Positions 51,920-62,147 of a stretch of 64,000 bases of DNA are shown piece by piece. The notes under the pieces were generated by a model that worked only from the letters and a program-made list of their open reading frames with translations, was not told the DNA's origin and searched no databases. A program made the translations under genes and the position numbers. The stretch covers positions 30,812 to 94,811 of the forward strand of contig CAVOKP010000006.1 of assembly GCA_963696535.1 (NCBI GenBank). The letters are read 5' to 3'. Position 1 is the stretch's first letter, and each line of letters begins with the position of its first letter. The stretch is from an uncultured Bacteroidales bacterium (GTDB lineage: Bacteria > Bacteroidota > Bacteroidia > Bacteroidales > VadinHA17).

Positions 51920-54649
51920 ATGAGGATTAAAGCAATCTTTTCTTCTGTCTTTTTAATATTGTTCCCTGTTGCCATTTCGCAGGAGAAGCAAGTTATTGAC
52001 TGGAATTACCAGGGCCAGTCATTTGAGGCATTCGTCCTGCAGGCAGAGTCGGTTTACCCGGTCAGATTCTACTACAGCGGCGAGTGGATAAGGGACCTGT
52101 CATTAGGCAGCTACGGAAACAGAAAGACGCTGAACGAAATACTTGATACCCTGTTCAGCGGTAAATCAATTTATTGGTATCAGCGTGGTGAGGGGAAGAT
52201 TATACTGACAAAGGATTTCGCAATCAGGATACCGGAAGCTTTAACGGACAACCGGAATTTTATTCCCGGGATGGATTATTCAGGGAAAACGGGTGATAAA
52301 GCTCCGGAAGGGAACCTTGTGGCGGAAATCGGAACCCCTGCCAGCAGGAACAGATCTGGAAATGTTTCATTATCAGGCTACATAACCGATCGGGAAACGA
52401 AAGAGCCTGTCGCCGGAGTTACAGTCCATGTGCCAAAACTGTCTGCCGGAACCATCTCAAATGCACATGGTTTTTATTCGATCAGCCTGCCCAGGGGAAG
52501 TCATACAATGAGGTTTACATTCATCGGGATGAAGGAGAGGATAATTGACCTTAACCTGTATGACCCTGGCGAGATGAATCTGGAAATGGTGAGCGTCCTG
52601 ACGCCTTTGAAGGAAGCTGTAATAACGGCTGAAAAGGACATCGTCCTTCATCGTGCGGAAGTGGGGGTTGAGAAGGTCAATGTTACTTCGTTCCGTCTGA
52701 TGCCGACGTCAATGGGTGAAGCGGATATTACCAAAAGCCTTTTGCTGATGCCGGGAGTCCATTCGGTCGGTGAGGGATCGGCTGGCTATAATGTAAGGGG
52801 AGGATCTGCCGATCAGAACCTTATACTCCTTTATGGGGCGCCGCTTTATAATTCTTCCCACTTTTTTGGATTCTTTTCTGCCGTCAATCCCGACATCATA
52901 AAGGATGTCACTCTTTTCAAGGGCGGTATTCCGGGCAGATATGGGGGAAGGCTCGCATCTGTCCTAGATATTATCCCGCGCGAAGGCAACCGCTCCGGAT
53001 TTGAGGGCAATACCGGAATAAGTCCTGTTACCGCCCATTTCTCAGTCGAGGGACCCATATGGAAAGACACAATATTCTACCTTCTGACGGGAAGGAGAAC
53101 CTATTCAAACTGGCTCCTTGGTTTTTTTGAAAATCCTTCCCTGCGTAACAGCCGGATATCATTTTACGATCTCAATGCCAGGATAGCTTATGACATTAAC
53201 AGGAAAAATAAAGTCGATTTCTCGGCTTATTACAGCAACGACTCATTCAGGTTAAATTCCGACACAACTTATGAATACCGGAACAATATAACAGCACTAA
53301 GATGGCGCCATTTCTTCAGCAGTCGCTTTTTCTCCTCGCTCACCCTTAACAATAGTTACTACAGGTATGATATATCGAGTCTCAGGGTGCCGCAGGAAGC
53401 ATTTGTCCTGAATCACAGGATAAACAGCACCGGATTCAAGGCAGATTTCAACTGGTTCCGGGGAAGAAATGAATTCAATTTCGGTGCTGATGCAACCAGG
53501 TATGATGTCGTACCGGGCAGGTATTTGCCGGCGGACATATCATCGATTGTGGTGCCAAACTCGGTTGAAAAGCAGAGAGCAATCGAAACGGCACTCTATT
53601 TCGAGGATAAATATGTCGTTACAGATTACCTTTCGGTCAATGCCGGACTAAGATTTGCAACGTTCCATGCCATCGGACCCCAGACAGTAATTAAATATGA
53701 TCCCGGGTTCTCAAAAAGTATCTCATCCATAACCGACACAATCTATTTTGGCAGGCTGAAAAACTATAAAAGCTATGCGGGTCCCGAAATGCGCCTTTCG
53801 GTGAATTTCAGGCTTAGCGCCGGCAGTTCCCTAAAGCTGAACTATAATCATACGAGGCAATACCTGCATATGCTGTCGAACACCATCTCGATCTCCCCCA
53901 GCGATATATGGAAGCTAAGCGACTATCACCTGAAACCGCAGTCGTGCGACCAGTTTGCCGCCGGTTATTACAGGGTCCTTAACAGGAATAAAATTGAGGC
54001 ATCAGCCGAGATCTATTACAAGAAGATCGGTAACATGATTGATTTCAAGGGAGGAACCGATCTCATCATGAATGAACACATTGAAAGGGACCTTGTCAAT
54101 GTTCACGGGAAGGCATACGGATTTGAGCTACTTGTGAAGAAACCCGAGGGACGTACCCGCTGGAGCATTGGCTACACATTTTCCAGGGTGCTCATCAGGA
54201 ACAAGGAGTCGTTCAATGAGGAGCTGATAAATTCGGGCAGATGGTTCCCCGCCAGTTTTGACAGGCCTCACGATCTTATAATAACACTGAACCACCTCTA
54301 TTCACGACGGGTCAGTTTCTCAGCGAACTATACTTTCAGTTCCGGCCGGCCGGTTACATATCCTGTTTCATCATACAGAATCGGAGATATTGTGCTTACA
54401 CATTATTCGGAGAGGAATAAATACCGGCTGCCCGATTATTCAAGGCTTGATATTGCTGTTAGGGTCAGCGGGGAACTTAAGGTGAGAAAAATATTGCATC
54501 CCTACTGGATCTTCTCGGTTTACAACGTGACAGGAAGACAAAATGTTTATTCAGTTTTCTTTAAGAATGAAGGAAATATAGTACGGGGTTACTATCTGTC
54601 AGTTTTTGGACGTGCGATACCATCTCTTTCATTATACTTTGATTTTTAA
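51920..54649 (+). CDS. TonB-dependent receptor-like outer-membrane protein (STN-like N-terminus, carboxypeptidase-regulatory-like domain, plug, barrel)
   Basis: 909 aa. LSGYITDRETKEPVAGVTVHV is the CarboxypepD_reg signature. Also has a plug-like region and a C-terminal ...SLSLYFDF with terminal Phe. Confidence 0.8.
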   Translation: MRIKAIFSSVFLILFPVAISQEKQVIDWNYQGQSFEAFVLQAESVYPVRFYYSGEWIRDLSLGSYGNRKTLNEILDTLFSGKSIYWYQRGEGKIILTKDFAIRIPEALTDNRNFIPGMDYSGKTGDKAPEGNLVAEIGTPASRNRSGNVSLSGYITDRETKEPVAGVTVHVPKLSAGTISNAHGFYSISLPRGSHTMRFTFIGMKERIIDLNLYDPGEMNLEMVSVLTPLKEAVITAEKDIVLHRAEVGVEKVNVTSFRLMPTSMGEADITKSLLLMPGVHSVGEGSAGYNVRGGSADQNLILLYGAPLYNSSHFFGFFSAVNPDIIKDVTLFKGGIPGRYGGRLASVLDIIPREGNRSGFEGNTGISPVTAHFSVEGPIWKDTIFYLLTGRRTYSNWLLGFFENPSLRNSRISFYDLNARIAYDINRKNKVDFSAYYSNDSFRLNSDTTYEYRNNITALRWRHFFSSRFFSSLTLNNSYYRYDISSLRVPQEAFVLNHRINSTGFKADFNWFRGRNEFNFGADATRYDVVPGRYLPADISSIVVPNSVEKQRAIETALYFEDKYVVTDYLSVNAGLRFATFHAIGPQTVIKYDPGFSKSISSITDTIYFGRLKNYKSYAGPEMRLSVNFRLSAGSSLKLNYNHTRQYLHMLSNTISISPSDIWKLSDYHLKPQSCDQFAAGYYRVLNRNKIEASAEIYYKKIGNMIDFKGGTDLIMNEHIERDLVNVHGKAYGFELLVKKPEGRTRWSIGYTFSRVLIRNKESFNEELINSGRWFPASFDRPHDLIITLNHLYSRRVSFSANYTFSSGRPVTYPVSSYRIGDIVLTHYSERNKYRLPDYSRLDIAVRVSGELKVRKILHPYWIFSVYNVTGRQNVYSVFFKNEGNIVRGYYLSVFGRAIPSLSLYFDF

Positions 54650-55789
54650 TTGATTATGGGTTCATTAAGGATCACGGGATTATATTTTCTCATTGCAATA
54701 GCATCAGGGTGCACAATTGAATTCGAACCTGACCGCGATATTGTCAACGATCAGCTTGTTGTTGAAGGAATGATTACTGACCAGAACAGGGTAAACAGGA
54801 TCAGGCTTTCAAGATCCGCGGCTGTCGGAGATCCGCTTTTGATACCCAGGCCGGTAAGCGGCGCATTAGTGACAATCGCCGATGAGACAGGCACTTTTTC
54901 AACGCTTACCGAATCGCCGGCAGGAACATATTCCACTGATTCAACTCAATTCAGGGGACGTGCCGGCGGTAAATATTCGCTCAATATTATCATAAACGAT
55001 GCCTGTTATGAGACAGATTTCACGGAAATGAAACCCGTTCCCCCTGTCGGTTCACTTTATTATGAAAAGGTTACAATAACCGGATCCAAAGACACCACCG
55101 AAATTGAAGAAGGATGCAGGATTTACGTCGACAGTTATGATCCTGCGGGAGAGTGCCGGTTTTACAGGTGGGAATATGCTGAAACATGGGAATACAGGAT
55201 CCCTTATGCAGTCAGAAACAAGGTATGCTATGTCTCAGTGCGTTCAAAAGATATACTTATCAAGAATACAAGCAGTTACAGCCAGGCGAGGGTCTCTAAA
55301 TTCCCTGTTCTCTTTATCTCAAATAAATCCGACAGGCTTAAGGAGACATACAGTATACTGGTTAACCAGTATTCCCTCAATGAGACAGAGTTCACATTCT
55401 GGGAAAGAGTCAGGAACATTTCACAGAACGTTGGAAATCTCTATGATGTTACTCCTGTGGCTGTACCGGGCAACATAAGGAACTGCAATGATCCGGAGGA
55501 GGAAGTGCTGGGTTACTTCAGCGTTTCGGCAGTTGCTCAGAAACGGCTTTTTATAGAGGATCATTTCTACGGATTACCAATGTCGTTTCTTTTTTGCGCT
55601 ACCGATACACTAACCGGAATACTTCCTGAATCAGGCCTTGACAGCGAGTTCTGGGTGATAGAAGACTTTGGCGACGAACCCTTTCCATTCTGGGTAATTA
55701 CGACATTGAAGGAGTGTGCCGACTGCACCACCAGGGGCACAAAAGTAATGCCGCCATACTGGCGGGATTTCAGAAAGGGGAACAAATGA
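54650..55789 (+). CDS. DUF4249-like lipoprotein
   Basis: 379 aa with lipobox IASGC. It starts directly after the receptor stop, which is the usual TonB-receptor/DUF4249 pairing in Bacteroidota. Confidence 0.6.
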   Translation: MIMGSLRITGLYFLIAIASGCTIEFEPDRDIVNDQLVVEGMITDQNRVNRIRLSRSAAVGDPLLIPRPVSGALVTIADETGTFSTLTESPAGTYSTDSTQFRGRAGGKYSLNIIINDACYETDFTEMKPVPPVGSLYYEKVTITGSKDTTEIEEGCRIYVDSYDPAGECRFYRWEYAETWEYRIPYAVRNKVCYVSVRSKDILIKNTSSYSQARVSKFPVLFISNKSDRLKETYSILVNQYSLNETEFTFWERVRNISQNVGNLYDVTPVAVPGNIRNCNDPEEEVLGYFSVSAVAQKRLFIEDHFYGLPMSFLFCATDTLTGILPESGLDSEFWVIEDFGDEPFPFWVITTLKECADCTTRGTKVMPPYWRDFRKGNK

Positions 55790-57465
55790 AAAGGATACTG
55801 ATATCTTCCAATATTCTTTTGATACTGTTATCATTGATTCCCTCTTTCAGGTTGGATGCACAGGTATACCTGCATATTGACAGGGACAAGTATGTTGCCG
55901 GGGAAGATGTATGGTTCAGTATTTACTCAACCGAGGCGGAAACCGGAAAACTTTCCCCGGGAAGTGTTATTGCATACATAGAATTGCTCAATCCATGGGG
56001 TTCGCCTGTAATCCAGAAACGATTTCCGCTTCGGGGAGGAAGAGGAGATGGAGTTTTTCTCCTCCCCGACTCCCTGAGTTCAGGAAACTACACAATCAGG
56101 GCCTATACAAACTGGATGAAGGATTTTCTCCCCGCCAATTGCTTCATGCATAATATCGAAATCTTCAATCCTTTTAAAGGAACCGGTTTCCGAAGGAAAG
56201 AAGACTCTTCCGGATCAGCCTTGTCCGGTCTCCCATTTCTGTCGAATGAAGATGCTATCAGTCTCACGTCAGACACCATTTTCAGCAAAAGGGAAAAAAT
56301 CACACTTAAAGTGCAAATTGCCGGGAACGGAACCAGTCTTGCAGGAAACCCTGAATTGAGCATATCCGTAACTCCTTCCGAAGTTACTTCTGTCAGCAGG
56401 TGGATTGATTATCCGCCAGGTCCCGGAAAAGGGCAGTATGGATTGGAGAGTGAAGGGCATTTCTTGTCCGGATGGGTACGATACAGGGACGGAAATGTTA
56501 CTGATCCGGCTGATTTCCTTTATATGTCCATCCAGGGTAAAGTTGCTGATTTTAAATATGCACACATTGACACTTCAGGCCGTTTCAGTTTTGTCATCCC
56601 CATCGACTCAAGGCTCAGAAAACTGATCCTTCAGCCCGAAAATGCTGACAATAACATGACACTTGAAATTGAGCCCTCATTTTCATGGATAGTCCCGGAA
56701 TCATCCAGTTTCAGCGATACACTGACCGGAAATCAGCTTGCATTGTTTTCGGAACTGAGCTTTAATTACCAGGCCGGAAAGATCTACGGAACGACATTAA
56801 AAAAGGAGATTGTGCCAGCCGAAATCAGTAACTTCAGTAGAAGAAGGTTTTACGGCATTCCGGAAATGGAAATAATCCTTGATGATTACATAAGCCTTCC
56901 GGTGATGCAGGAGGTCTTCTTTGAGCTTGTCCCGGGAATCATTCTCAGGACAAGAAAGGGAGGGTACGAAATGAAGATCACAAATCCCCTTACCGGAAAC
57001 TTTTATGAGGAGCCGCCCCTAGTTTTGATAGACGGCGTGATTATCAATGATCTGAATGTTCTTGCCGGCCTGGATCCGGATAAAGTTGAGAAGATTGAAG
57101 TTGTGCAGACCCCCTACCTGATCGGCGACCTTGTGCTTCATGGCATAGTGAATGTCATAACCCGTGCAGGTGATTTCAGTGATATCATAATGCCCGAGTT
57201 TGCAGTTGTATTGCCCTACAGGGTTATTGATGACCCCTATGTATTTTCACCTCCCGATCATACTGACGAGTCAGCTGCCATGAGCAGGATCCCCGATCTC
57301 AGAAATACCCTTTACTGGAATCCGTCGGTTAAAACAGACATAAACGGAGAAGCTTCTATCGAATTCCGTGCATCTGATGCAGAAGGGATCTATACGATTA
57401 ATATCCGGGGGATATCGGCTGAAGGTGAAAAGATATCAGTTAACAAAAAATTCCGTATTAAGTAA
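55786..57465 (+). CDS. Secreted protein with MG2-like N-terminal domain and plug-like C-terminal region
   Basis: The realistic start is MKRILISSN at 55786, giving an ATGA overlap with the previous stop. VYLHIDRDKYVAGEDVWFSIY is MG2-like. PLVLIDGVIINDLNVLAGLDPDKVEKIEVV is plug-like. Confidence 0.6.
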   Translation: MKRILISSNILLILLSLIPSFRLDAQVYLHIDRDKYVAGEDVWFSIYSTEAETGKLSPGSVIAYIELLNPWGSPVIQKRFPLRGGRGDGVFLLPDSLSSGNYTIRAYTNWMKDFLPANCFMHNIEIFNPFKGTGFRRKEDSSGSALSGLPFLSNEDAISLTSDTIFSKREKITLKVQIAGNGTSLAGNPELSISVTPSEVTSVSRWIDYPPGPGKGQYGLESEGHFLSGWVRYRDGNVTDPADFLYMSIQGKVADFKYAHIDTSGRFSFVIPIDSRLRKLILQPENADNNMTLEIEPSFSWIVPESSSFSDTLTGNQLALFSELSFNYQAGKIYGTTLKKEIVPAEISNFSRRRFYGIPEMEIILDDYISLPVMQEVFFELVPGIILRTRKGGYEMKITNPLTGNFYEEPPLVLIDGVIINDLNVLAGLDPDKVEKIEVVQTPYLIGDLVLHGIVNVITRAGDFSDIIMPEFAVVLPYRVIDDPYVFSPPDHTDESAAMSRIPDLRNTLYWNPSVKTDINGEASIEFRASDAEGIYTINIRGISAEGEKISVNKKFRIK

Positions 57466-57641
57466 TTCTCTCAGGAATATTAGGTTATCTTTAAATATCC
57501 TTTACACGGGGTTTAAAAAGTCCTTTACGCAAAGTACGCTGCGAAGTGCAGAAACGCAGAGTTAACCTTTTATCTACTTTGCGTTAATAGGATTTCTCCT
57601 GCAATGCAGGATGAACAATAGAACGAACCAAGCTGAGGGAA

Positions 57642-58778
57642 ATGGAATTCTTACTCGCAGGTATTCTCCAGATCACATGGCAGCAGGTATTGATGTGGGT
57701 CATAGGCGGTGTTCTCATCTATCTGGCAATTGACAGGCAGCTGGAGCCCTCTCTGTTACTTCCAATGGGGTTTGGCGCTATCCTTGTAAATCTGCCGATG
57801 TCGGGCGCCCTTGACCAGACATTGCAGGGAATCGGTGAAGTAAGCGGCATTATTGACTGGCTGTTCAAAATAGGGATAGAAGCATCCGAAGCTATGCCGC
57901 TCCTGTTATTTATAGGGATAGGTGCCATGATAGATTTCGGTCCGCTCCTTTCGAATCCAAGGCTTTTGCTTTTCGGCGCTGCGGCCCAGTTTGGGATATT
58001 TGCAACGATAATTGTCGCCACACTGCTGGGTTTTGACCTGAAGGATGCAGCATCAATAGGCATTATAGGAGCAGCCGACGGACCGACATCAATTCTTGTT
58101 TCTCAGGTGCTGAAAAGCAGCTACATAGGGCCGATTGCCATAGCAGCATATTCATATATGGCCCTTGTGCCGATAATCCAGCCTTTTGCAATAAGGTTAT
58201 GCACAACGGAAAAGGAACGGAAAATCAGGATGAAGTATAATCCGAAGAGCGTATCAAAGCTTACAAGGATCCTGTTTCCGATAATCGTTACAATAATTGC
58301 AGGACTTGTTGCACCCGCGTCAATTGCACTCGTCGGATTTCTTATGTTCGGGAATCTGATAAGGGAATGCGGCGTTCTCAGATCACTTTCCGAAACTGCC
58401 CAGAAAGATCTTGTGAACCTCATCACTCTGCTTCTTGGAATAACAATTGCAGCCAGCATGAAGGCAGAATTATTTGTTACGATAAAAACGATGATAATCA
58501 TGGGGCTTGGATTGCTGGCATTCATATTCGATACAATGGCAGGAGCAGTATTTGCCAAATTCCTTAACCTGTTCCTGAAGGAAAAAATCAACCCGATGGT
58601 AGGTGCTGCAGGCATCTCAGCATTCCCAATGTCGTCGAGGGTAATACAGAAGATGGGGCTTGAGGCTGATCCGCAGAATTACCTGCTGATGCATGCAGCA
58701 GGCGCGAACGTATCAGGGCAGATCGCATCGGTGATAGCCGGCGGAGTAATAATAGGCCTGGTGCCGGGGTTTATGTAG
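57642..58778 (+). CDS. Sodium ion-translocating decarboxylase beta subunit (OadB/MmdB/GcdB family)
   Basis: 378 aa polytopic protein with IGAADGPT and MGFGAILVNLP-type motifs of the family. Confidence 0.85.
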   Translation: MEFLLAGILQITWQQVLMWVIGGVLIYLAIDRQLEPSLLLPMGFGAILVNLPMSGALDQTLQGIGEVSGIIDWLFKIGIEASEAMPLLLFIGIGAMIDFGPLLSNPRLLLFGAAAQFGIFATIIVATLLGFDLKDAASIGIIGAADGPTSILVSQVLKSSYIGPIAIAAYSYMALVPIIQPFAIRLCTTEKERKIRMKYNPKSVSKLTRILFPIIVTIIAGLVAPASIALVGFLMFGNLIRECGVLRSLSETAQKDLVNLITLLLGITIAASMKAELFVTIKTMIIMGLGLLAFIFDTMAGAVFAKFLNLFLKEKINPMVGAAGISAFPMSSRVIQKMGLEADPQNYLLMHAAGANVSGQIASVIAGGVIIGLVPGFM

Positions 58779-58787
58779 GAGGTAAAT

Positions 58788-58919
58788 ATGAATACTGACC
58801 TTTTAAACTCATTGAAACTGACGGGAATGGGGATGGCAGCCATCTTCATTGTAATCCTGGTAATATATTTTGCCGTTCACCTGATACTGAAGATTAGCAA
58901 CAGGAAGAAAACTGTGTAG
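58788..58919 (+). CDS. Candidate 43-aa OadG-like (gamma) single-TM subunit
   Basis: Below the track cutoff. Reads MNTDLLNSLKLTGMGMAAIFIVILVIYFAVHLILKISNRKKTV. It starts 10 nt after the beta subunit stop and is preceded by GGAGG. Confidence 0.45.
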   Translation: MNTDLLNSLKLTGMGMAAIFIVILVIYFAVHLILKISNRKKTV

Positions 58920-59035
58920 GGATGGATGACGGGGATGTGTTTTCCTTTGTGTCCATAGTGTTTAAAGGCTTTTTTTTAACCACAAAGGACAAGTAGGTAT
59001 TCACAAAGGTACACAAATGGCTTTTGAGGCAGTAT

Positions 59036-59147
59036 CTGAAGCCAACTGTAACAGATCGGCTGCACTAACCATATAATGACCTCAATTACCGTCAGCTTCA
59101 GCTGACGTGTACGGAACCCTCCTTTATATCGCGGGACTTTAGTCCCA
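59036..59147 (+). repeat. 112-nt composite hairpin repeat, copy 1
   Basis: ctgaagccaactgtaac...cagcttcagctgacg...gggactttagtccca. By my count 97 of 112 positions match 62036-62147, with no gaps. Confidence 0.85.
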
Positions 59148-59303
59148 TTAACCTCTTAAACCGTAGATTTTCCCGTTCCAGCGACACATTTTCCAGCAAC
59201 CTGACAGTTCTTGAAAAAAATGCCTGTCACGCGATAACACTTTCAGAACAGGATTGTTTATAAATCTGGAACTAAGAGGTGTTTTACATTAATTCTTACA
59301 GAA

Positions 59304-60362
59304 ATGGAACGTGAAACAGATCAATGGGATGTAGTAATCATTGGAGCCGGGCAGGCCGGCCTTGCAGCAGGTTACTGGTTAAAAAAGATGAATCAGCAAT
59401 TCATTATCCTTGATGAGAATTACGGAATTGGAGATTCTTGGAGAAAAAGATGGGACTCCCTAAAGTTGTTTACTCCTTCTCAGCATGACGGATTGCCCGG
59501 CATGCCATTCCCGGGTTTAAAAGGCAGTTTCCCGGGGAAGGATGAAATGGCAGATTACCTTGAGAGGTATGTTATGGAATATTCATTGCCCGTAAAAACA
59601 GATACGAAAGTGAACCGCCTCTTTGCAGAGAATAACCATTTTGAAATTAATACTTCCAGGGATAAACTTATTTCCCGGAAGGTTGTAATTGCTACAGGCA
59701 CCAATCCGTTTCCAAAAATACCCTCTTTATCGTCTGATATAAGAAGTGAGATTTTTCAGATCCACTCTTCAGGTTACATCAGTCCTGATTCACTCCCGCC
59801 GGGTGATGTACTGGTTGTAGGGGCTGCCACTTCCGGCATTGAAATTGCCCTGGAAATATCAAAAACACACAGAACTTATATTTCAGGTAATCCTCCATTT
59901 CACATTCCGGACAAAGCACTCAGGTACGCTGGGGATATTTACTGGTGGTTTATCAGCAATATTATCACAACCCGGACACCAATAGGCAGAAAAGTCAAAA
60001 AGAAAATTATCCGTGGCGGATCGCCGTTGATAAGGGTTTCATCGGAAGACCTTAAGTTTGCAGGGGTAAAAAATCTTCCCCGTGTTGCAGGGGTAAAGGA
60101 CGGATATCCTGAACTGGAGGATAGAACAATCATTAAAGTTGAATCAATCATTTGGGCAACAGGATACAGACCTGATTTTTCCTGGATTGATGCTGAAGTA
60201 ACGGATGAAACAGGCTGGCCTTTGTCTGAACGGGGAATATCTACTGTAATAAAAGGTTTGTACTTTATGGGTATGCCGTTCCAGTTCGGCTTAACCTCCG
60301 GACTGGTAGGCGGAGTCGGACGTGATGCAGCTTATATCGCTGACCATATCAGGCATAACTGA
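59304..60362 (+). CDS. NAD(P)/FAD-dependent oxidoreductase (flavin monooxygenase / CzcO-like)
   Basis: 352 aa with VVIIGAGQAGLAAG and a second dinucleotide motif VLVVGAATSGIE. Confidence 0.7.
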   Translation: MERETDQWDVVIIGAGQAGLAAGYWLKKMNQQFIILDENYGIGDSWRKRWDSLKLFTPSQHDGLPGMPFPGLKGSFPGKDEMADYLERYVMEYSLPVKTDTKVNRLFAENNHFEINTSRDKLISRKVVIATGTNPFPKIPSLSSDIRSEIFQIHSSGYISPDSLPPGDVLVVGAATSGIEIALEISKTHRTYISGNPPFHIPDKALRYAGDIYWWFISNIITTRTPIGRKVKKKIIRGGSPLIRVSSEDLKFAGVKNLPRVAGVKDGYPELEDRTIIKVESIIWATGYRPDFSWIDAEVTDETGWPLSERGISTVIKGLYFMGMPFQFGLTSGLVGGVGRDAAYIADHIRHN

Positions 60363-60427
60363 GAAATTTTAGAAACACCTAGGGCTGATCCCATCCGCCA
60401 TCCTGTTGCCGTATTCAGTAAGTGAAT

Positions 60428-61693
60428 TTAATTGCCGGAATGTTCAAGTATTTGTCTTGACAAGAACAATGCATCTTCTTCAATGCCCAGTATTATCCCC
60501 GATTTTCTTTTGCGAAGCCACGGCAATCCCAGGAAATACAATCCTTCCATATCCGGGATTCCATTGCTGTGAACGGGCATTCCATTGCCATTGAAAACAG
60601 GAAGTTTCAGGTATGAAAAACTACCGTTAAAGCCTGTTGCCCAGATAATGGAAGTTATATTGTTTTCTTTTAAATTCAGGGATGTACGATCAGATGCAAA
60701 TGAATCTCCTTCAACAGGATCATCATCGGGGTCCTCTTCAGGCTGGGGGACATTTAACTGAAACTTCCGGATATAATCGTCAATCATCAGCTTTATTCTT
60801 TTCGAGAATTCATCAGCAAATCTGATGTTTGCTGCGGCATTTGGTTGTACAAAAATGGCAGAATCATCAGTATTTTCTGCCTTCCCCATAATTACTGCTC
60901 CATTGCGTGCAAGTCCCTGCAGACTCAAAGTATGTCCGTGCAAGCCAACGGTCGAAACCTGAGGCTGTTTTATCTTTAATATCCCCGGATCAGTAACGCC
61001 ATTTGTCTGTAAATCGTAGAAACCCGAAAGAACAAGCCAATCCACAATGTCTTTACCGCGGTATCTTCTTGGAACCCTGGGAACCTGGCTGGTTGAAATA
61101 AATACTTTTCTCCCGGCAAGTATTAAATCTTCAGCTATCTGAACACCCGACTGTGCACTGCCTATAACCAGTACGGCTCCATCAGGCAATGCAGATACGT
61201 TCCTGTATTCACTTGCATGCAACTGGAGGATTTCGGGTGATATGAACCTGTAAATTGATGGAATGCTTTTAATGTTCTGAGCACCTGAAGCAATCACAAC
61301 CTGTCTGCAATGGTAATTTATGGCAGTATCATTTTGTGAAGCATAAACGGAAAATATTTTCAACCGGGGAACAAATTCAACCGATAATACTTCGCAGTCC
61401 TCAATTACCGGCAAATTGAACTTTGCTGAGTACCTTTCGAGAAAGGCGGCAAACCCCGACGCTGAACAAAATCCTTCTGAATCAGGAAATATATTCTCTT
61501 GTCCGGGTAACAGATTCCATTTGTTTGGAGTATTAAGCTTAAACGAATCCCATCGTTGATTAAGCCATGAATCCCCAATTTTACCTTTCTCGAGTACAAG
61601 ATGATCCAGGTGGAGATCCTTCAGGTGATAACTGATGCTTAAGCCTGCATGTCCTGCACCGACAACAATTGCATCAAGAATGGAAGCATACAT
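60428..61693 (-). CDS. NAD(P)/FAD-dependent oxidoreductase (flavin monooxygenase-like)
   Basis: 421 aa with AIVVGAGHAGLS and VLVIGSAQSGVQ. It is convergent with the previous gene. Confidence 0.7.
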   Translation of the reverse strand: MYASILDAIVVGAGHAGLSISYHLKDLHLDHLVLEKGKIGDSWLNQRWDSFKLNTPNKWNLLPGQENIFPDSEGFCSASGFAAFLERYSAKFNLPVIEDCEVLSVEFVPRLKIFSVYASQNDTAINYHCRQVVIASGAQNIKSIPSIYRFISPEILQLHASEYRNVSALPDGAVLVIGSAQSGVQIAEDLILAGRKVFISTSQVPRVPRRYRGKDIVDWLVLSGFYDLQTNGVTDPGILKIKQPQVSTVGLHGHTLSLQGLARNGAVIMGKAENTDDSAIFVQPNAAANIRFADEFSKRIKLMIDDYIRKFQLNVPQPEEDPDDDPVEGDSFASDRTSLNLKENNITSIIWATGFNGSFSYLKLPVFNGNGMPVHSNGIPDMEGLYFLGLPWLRKRKSGIILGIEEDALFLSRQILEHSGN

Positions 61694-62035
61694 TTCCAGG
61701 GTATTTAGGATCGTTTATAAAGAGATATAATTCTTACGCAACCGATGTGTATTGCTTCTTCCACCCTGACGGGTTGATTAAGGATACTTGAAAGAAATTC
61801 GCCGGGTTCATTCATGATCGCCTCCTTTCTTTTTATTTCTTCAAACCAATCTTCTAAACAACTTCAAAGCGTATTTTGTTCAGAATAATCCTGTTTAGTT
61901 TGTATTTAAAACTTGTCGCGTTGTCGTCCCGGTTAAGGGGAGCAGGGAAATGGGCTAAAGCCCTGACTGGGTGTTAACCTCTTAAACAGTTGGCTGAAGC
62001 CAACTGTAACTGATCATCCCCTCTTTAGCTGTTGG

Positions 62036-62147
62036 CTGAAGCCAACTGTAACTGATCAGTTGCACTTACCAGGAAATGACCTCAATTATCTTCAGCTTCA
62101 GCTGACGTGTTCGGAATCCTTTTTTATATCTGGGGACTTTAGTCCCA
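62036..62147 (+). repeat. 112-nt composite hairpin repeat, copy 2
   Basis: Same orientation as copy 1 and offset by exactly 3000 nt. It is preceded by an extra tandem copy of gttggctgaagccaactgtaactgatca at 61989-62016. Confidence 0.85.
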
